Shown here: piece after piece, positions 59,758 to 64,000 of the stretch
Layout: each line of letters opens with the position of its first letter
Position numbering within the stretch: position 1 is the stretch's first letter
Assembly: GCA_963740275.1 (NCBI GenBank)
Contig: CAVUDT010000002.1
Span: 227,418 to 291,417, forward strand
Source of the DNA: an uncultured Acidobacteriota bacterium
GTDB taxonomy: Bacteria > Acidobacteriota > Vicinamibacteria > Vicinamibacterales > 2-12-FULL-66-21
Length of the DNA: 64,000 nucleotides
Direction: 5' to 3'
Translations under genes and position numbers: made by a program
Notes under the pieces: generated by a model
The model's database searches: none
What the model was told of the DNA's origin: nothing
What the model saw: the letters and a program-made list of their open reading frames with translations, nothing else

Positions 59758-60318
59758 TCATCTCTTGATCCAGAACGTAAGGCCCCCGTAGAACCGCCAG
59801 TGGTCCGGGGCCAGGTCGTTGACCTGGAACCGCCGCAGGTCCGCGCGGGCGAGCAGCCGGTCGCCGAGCGGGACCTTGACGCCGCCGCCGAGGTGCCACC
59901 CGACCTCCGTGCTCGACTGCTGTTCCACGGGGAGGAGTACCTCGGCGTCAGCGTCCAGGTTGGATCGTTCCCACCCAATCCCGGCGACCGCGTAAGGCGT
60001 GACTTGCGGAACATCGAAGTGGAAGATGGCGCTGGCGCTCATGTTGGTCAGCGACCAGTCGAGATCCACGGTGTCACCCGCGACGTCGAACACCTGTCCG
60101 ACCTCGAATTCGAAGCCGATGTTCTTGGTCCAGTCGTAACCGACGGCCCCGCCGATGCCCAGGCTGCTGCCGAGGTCGTCCGACGTGCCGAATGAGCCAC
60201 TCAGGAACGGTGTAACGGTGATAGTCCTGGGCTCGGCGACCGATTGCGCCTGCGCTGCCGCCGGAACGAGCGTGACTGCCGCCAGTGCGGCGCCGGAAAT
60301 AAGTGAACGAATCAACAA
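59758..60318 (-). CDS. small outer-membrane beta-barrel protein (OmpW/OmpA-like porin family), TTG start
   Basis: GGAGGA SD then TTG. Signal LLIRSLISGAALAAVTLVPAAAQAQS. Alternating hydrophobic beta strands. C-terminal F/W (TFWIKR). Confidence 0.6.
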   Translation of the reverse strand: MLIRSLISGAALAAVTLVPAAAQAQSVAEPRTITVTPFLSGSFGTSDDLGSSLGIGGAVGYDWTKNIGFEFEVGQVFDVAGDTVDLDWSLTNMSASAIFHFDVPQVTPYAVAGIGWERSNLDADAEVLLPVEQQSSTEVGWHLGGGVKVPLGDRLLARADLRRFQVNDLAPDHWRFYGGLTFWIKR

Positions 60319-60556
60319 TGCGAATCCTCCTGATGTGATAGGTGTCGTAGCCCTAAGGCCAAGCCTCACGGGACTTTAGACGTAGCTGGCGTGCAAATCG
60401 GCTGCCTCCGGCGATTTCCGCCTCGCACTCAACCTTCCCGGAGCCACCTGCGTCATATTGCTGACACGGATGACTGCGACCCGAGAGGAGTGGGCGTCAT
60501 GGCCCGCGGCAACAGCCAAAGCCAGGCGGGCCCCTCCAGACGCTGCGGAACGAGCG

Positions 60557-61132
60557 ATGACGCCTGATTCCGAATTGATCTCCCGGGCCGCCGCCGGGGA
60601 CCATTCGGCGTTTCATGCGCTCGTGGAGCGGCATCGTTCGATGGTGTACCGCGTCGCGTACCAGTTCGCCGGGAATCACCACGACGCGGAAGATATTGCG
60701 CAGGAAGTGTTTATCAAGGTCTACCGGTCGCTGGGCCGGTTCAGGCAGGACGCCCAGCTGACCTCGTGGATGTATCGGATCGCCATGAACGCCTGTATCG
60801 ACCATCGCCGCCGGCACACGCCGGCCGGCGCCGCCCCGTTCGGAGAAGAAGCCGAACACCGCATGCTGAACACGCCAGAAGAAGCGCCGGGTCCGGAAGA
60901 GCGGGCCTACGCCGGGGAGCTCGGCCAGGTCCTCGAAGCCGAGATTCTTCGGCTGCCCCCGGGGCAGCGCGTCGTCTTCGTCATGAGGCATCACCAGGGA
61001 TTGAAGCTCGGCGAGATCGCGACGGCTCTCGGCCTGGCCGAGGGGACGGTGAAACGCCAGCTGCACGCGGCGGTGCACCGGCTCCGCCAGGCGCTGACGC
61101 TCGCCAATGTCACCGCGAGAGAGGGGGCATGA
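60557..61132 (+). CDS. ECF-type sigma-70 factor
   Basis: Region 2 ...VYRVAYQFAGNHHDAEDIAQEVFIKVYRSL... Region 4 LPPGQRVVFVMRHHQGLKLGEIATALGLAEGTVKRQLHAA. Confidence 0.85.
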   Translation: MTPDSELISRAAAGDHSAFHALVERHRSMVYRVAYQFAGNHHDAEDIAQEVFIKVYRSLGRFRQDAQLTSWMYRIAMNACIDHRRRHTPAGAAPFGEEAEHRMLNTPEEAPGPEERAYAGELGQVLEAEILRLPPGQRVVFVMRHHQGLKLGEIATALGLAEGTVKRQLHAAVHRLRQALTLANVTAREGA

Positions 61133-61963
61133 CGATGTGCCCGATTCAGGAAAAGGGAGCGATCGAGCTCTATTTCTACGGCGAGCTCCACGGACGCGGA
61201 GCGCACCGGTGTCGAAACCCACCTTGCTCAATGCCGGGAGTGCACCGCGGCGCTCGACGAGTTGCGGGTGATCCAGGCAGCGCTCGCCGCCCGCCCGGTG
61301 GTGTCGGCTCCTCCATCCGGCGACTGGTCCGGCTTCAGCGAACGTCTCGACGCTGCCCTGCGGACCGAAGCGGGACCGGCAGTGCCGCTGCCATTTGTCT
61401 CGAGACCGGCGGCGGCCCGCCGTCCGTTCGTCGGGCTGCTCGCCACCGCCGCGCTGCTCGCGGTTGTCTCGGCGAGCGTGTTCATGGCCTCGCAGGCCGG
61501 TCAGCGCATGCTGCGCAACGAGGGCGGTACCGGCAATGCTGGCCCTGGTGGTAGTGACGATCTCTATGCCCGGGCAGCGATCGCGCAGGCTGCGGCGGAC
61601 GCTGCGTCGCCGATCCAGGCAGGGCTGACGGCGGTCGGCGCCCGGCATCTCGAGCGCTCGAAACTGGTGGTGCTGGGGCTGTCGGCAAAGGCGCCGGGCG
61701 CCATGCGGGCGACCGACTGGGCCTACGAGCGCGAGCTCGCAACCGCGCTGTTGACCGACACCCAGCTTTACCGGATGGCGGCCGAGGAGCGCGGGCTGAC
61801 TTCGCTTGCGGGAGTGATGCGCGATCTCGAGATCGTGCTGCTCCAGACCTCGATGGCGCAGGCGACCGATGACACCGCGCTGCCGCAGATCCAGCGGTTG
61901 ATCCGCAAGCGCGGTCTCGTCGAGAAGATGGACGGCGTGGGAACCACAGGATTGATGCCATGA
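61129..61963 (+). CDS. anti-sigma factor (zf-HC2 N-terminus, one TM, periplasmic domain); frame shift near 61192
   Basis: MTMCPIQEKGAIELYFYGELHG | DAERTGVETHLAQCRECTAALDEL...; TM FVGLLATAALLAVVSASVFMA. ATGA overlaps at both ends. Confidence 0.6.
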
Positions 61964-63289
61964 AGTACCACCTCCCCCTCTCTCCGTGCCTGGATCTTCG
62001 CCGCCCTCGCCGCGATAGCGGCGGCCACGCCGGCCGGCGCCGCCGTCGAGCCGCTGCAGTCGCCGCGGATGGAACGGGCCAAGGACCTCATCGCCGACGA
62101 ACAATGGGAACGCGCGATCGAGCAGCTGAAGGCGGCGGTCGCGGATGCCAAGGAACGCCACAAGGACGAAGCGCTGTTCTGGCTGGCCCACAGCCAGCAC
62201 CAGGCGCGGGATCTCGCCGCCGCGGTGCAGACGATCTCGCTGCTGGAGCAGCAGCACCGGGCCAGCCCGTGGGTGAAGCCGGCCCGTTCGCTGCGGGTCG
62301 AGATCGCGCAGAAGCTGCGGCGCAACGATGTGCTCTGGTGGACGGCGGATCCGCCGCCGCCCCCGGCTGCGCCGCCGGCCCCCACGCCCGCCGCGCCGCC
62401 CGCCGCCCCGCTCCCGACACGTACTGGTCGTCCGCCGGCGGCTCCGGCGAACGCACCAGTGCCACTCCCGGCCAGCGTTCCTCCGCCGCCTGCGTCCCCC
62501 GCGCCAGCGGCGCCGGCCGCTCCGGCGGCAAGCCCGACACCGCCGCCGCCGCCACCGTCGCCGCCCAGGTCCGCCGGGATGCGCGCCTTCACCCGCACCG
62601 GCGAAGGCACCCCGATGCCCTCCAGCCTATGGATTCCTGCGGACTGGGCTCCCGACATGAATCTGCGCATCCAGGCGCTCGGCAGCCTGATCCAGACGGA
62701 CGCGGTGCGGGTCATTCCGATCCTCCGCGAGATTGCGCTCGAAAGCCCCGACGCGCACGAGGCCAGCCGCGCAGTCTTCGTGCTGGCCCAGTCGGGCCGG
62801 GCCGACGCGAGATCCACCGTGGTCGAAGTTGCCAAGAGCGGCAGTGAGCTGGTTCAGATCGCCGCCGTCCGCGAGCTCGGGCGATTCGGCGGACCCAAAG
62901 CCGCGGAGGAACTGCTGCAGGTCTACACCAGCGTCAACCTGCGGGTGAAGTACCAGGTCGTTAATTCCCTTGGCGAGCGCTCCGCCACCAGCGCCCTGCT
63001 GCGCATTGCCGAAACCGAGCCCGACCTGAAGCTCCAGGAGAGCGCTATCGTGCGTCTCGGCCAGGCGGGTGCGCGCGATCAGCTGGTGCGGTTCTACAGC
63101 CGCGCGTCCCCCGACCTCAAACGCCCGATCATCATCGGGCTGTTCATCGCGCGGGCCGAAGACGAGCTGATTCGCATCGCCGACCACGAGCGCGACGAGC
63201 CGATCCGCCTGGAAGTACTCACCCGACTCCGCCTTCTCGGCACGGAGAAGGCGCGGAGCTACCTCGAAAAGCAGAACAAGAACAGGTAA
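61960..63289 (+). CDS. exported repeat protein: TPR-like N-domain, ~90-aa Pro/Ala-rich linker, C-terminal HEAT/PBS-lyase-type repeats; frame shift ~25 nt after the start
   Basis: MKYHLPLS | RAWIFAALAAIAAATPAGAAVEPLQ signal peptide, readable only after a 1-nt shift. PPPPAAPPAPTPAAPPAAPLP... Repeats ...VRELGRFGGPKAAEELL... Confidence 0.55.
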
Positions 63290-63333
63290 CATCCGAAAAC
63301 ACTTACGAATCCCGGAAGGGGCCGGGCCTCGGC

Positions 63334-63372
63334 GCGGCGGCCAGATCCTCCACTGGCCGCCGTTTCGCTGTA
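63334..63372 (+). terminator. candidate intrinsic terminator after the TPR/HEAT gene
   Basis: gcggcggccag-atcctcca-ctggccgccg followed by tttcgctgtat. Confidence 0.5.
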
Positions 63373-63411
63373 TAGGCGCGCTGGCCCCGGGTTCGCAGAA
63401 GGATTTTCGCG

Positions 63412-63870
63412 ATGCATCGCCGCCGTGCTCTCGTTCTGTTCGTCAACTCCGTCGTCGCGCTGATCGGCGGCGGTCTCTCCGCCGTGCTCGGCGCCTTCGC
63501 CTGGCGCCCGACCAGGGCGGCCGAGGGTCGCTGGCTCAGTGCCGGCGCGCTCACCGACCTGACCCCCAACGTCCCCGTGCCGCGGGTGCTCGCGGTGTCG
63601 CGGCAGGACGGCTGGTACCGCGAGCGCGCCCGTGAGACGGTGTTTCTCGTCTGGGACGGCGACAAGAGCGTCCACGCGCTGTCGGCGACCTGCACCCACC
63701 TCGGTTGCCGGGTCCGCTGGGACGACGCGACCACGCACTTTCGCTGTCCGTGTCACGGCGGCGTCTTCGACGCGCAGGGGAACGTCGTCGAAGGGCCGCC
63801 GCCGCGGGCGCTGAATAAGGTCGATGCGCGGATCGACGCCACGGGGGGCACCGTCCTGGTGCGGCTGTGA
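63412..63870 (+). CDS. Rieske [2Fe-2S] subunit of a cytochrome bc-type complex
   Basis: N-terminal TM. CTHLGC...CPCHGG boxes. Confidence 0.85.
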   Translation: MHRRRALVLFVNSVVALIGGGLSAVLGAFAWRPTRAAEGRWLSAGALTDLTPNVPVPRVLAVSRQDGWYRERARETVFLVWDGDKSVHALSATCTHLGCRVRWDDATTHFRCPCHGGVFDAQGNVVEGPPPRALNKVDARIDATGGTVLVRL

Positions 63871-64000
63871 AGCGGCTCTTCGACTGGCTGCAGTCACGGA
63901 CCGGGTTCCGCGGGGCGCAGCACGCGCTGCTCGACGAACCGCTGCCCCCCGGCACCGGCTGGTTCTTCACGCTCGGCAGCATCCTGCTGGCGCTGCTCGG
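63867..64000 (+). CDS. cytochrome b (bc/b6 complex), 5' part only (window ends)
   Basis: GTG start overlapping the Rieske stop (GTGA). ...TGWFFTLGSILLALL typical cytochrome b N-terminus. Confidence 0.65.
   Translation, partial: MKRLFDWLQSRTGFRGAQHALLDEPLPPGTGWFFTLGSILLALL

Overview
Very GC-rich (about 68-70% by eye), gene-dense chromosomal segment of roughly 60 protein-coding genes. I see no rRNA, tRNA, CRISPR array, transposase or integrase. Several hallmarks suggest an Acidobacteria-type soil bacterium: three TIGR03436-like 'acidobacterial VWA' proteins, two PadR regulator plus ADOP/FtsX-duplicated-permease pairs, and an ATP-synthase c subunit with a signal peptide. This taxonomic guess is an inference from family content, not from a marker gene. 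Gene content runs as follows. A sensor kinase (HK) sits divergent from an atypical OmpR-type winged-helix protein. An APC amino-acid permease follows. Then comes a ~1,500-aa CHAT (caspase-like) / alpha-beta-hydrolase / TPR giant protein. A VWA trio flanks a heme operon (ccsA-like hemX, hemA, hemC, cobA-hemD fusion, hemB). A partial atp operon (atpZ-atpI-atpB-atpE) is followed by an EamA transporter and a fatty-acid desaturase. A membrane-remodelling cluster holds a bacterial dynamin-like GTPase, a duplicated small secreted protein, flotillin and NfeD. Downstream are an NCS1 transporter, a cyclophilin, an M16 peptidase, and a reductive pyrimidine catabolism cluster (dihydropyrimidinase, ALDH, a PreA-like dehydrogenase). 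Further on are a secreted SAM methyltransferase, an HD hydrolase, a beta-propeller HisKA_3 kinase with a NarL-type regulator, an IPT/TIG lipoprotein, a YbaK/ProX deacylase, typA, an OMP, an ECF sigma/anti-sigma pair, a TPR/HEAT protein, and the start of a Rieske/cytochrome b operon. Two features stand out. First, at least about 22 genes have their reading frame disrupted by one or more frame shifts. Most are 1-nt indels in G/C runs, but one is a 52-nt G-rich repeat insertion in hemC and one is a 16-bp tandem duplication in the CHAT gene. The flanking frames still read as sensible protein. This points to either an indel-prone (uncorrected long-read) assembly or very recent gene decay. Second, two families of dispersed intergenic repeats are built from tandem heptamers. 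Family 1 is GGTTCYR. Family 2 is CCCCAAT/CCGCAAT, preceded by CAGCTNN units. Both start right after stop codons. At convergent gene junctions they form ~150-bp palindromes, REP/BIME-like. The most plausible candidate for a new biological system is the CHAT/hydrolase/TPR mega-protein.
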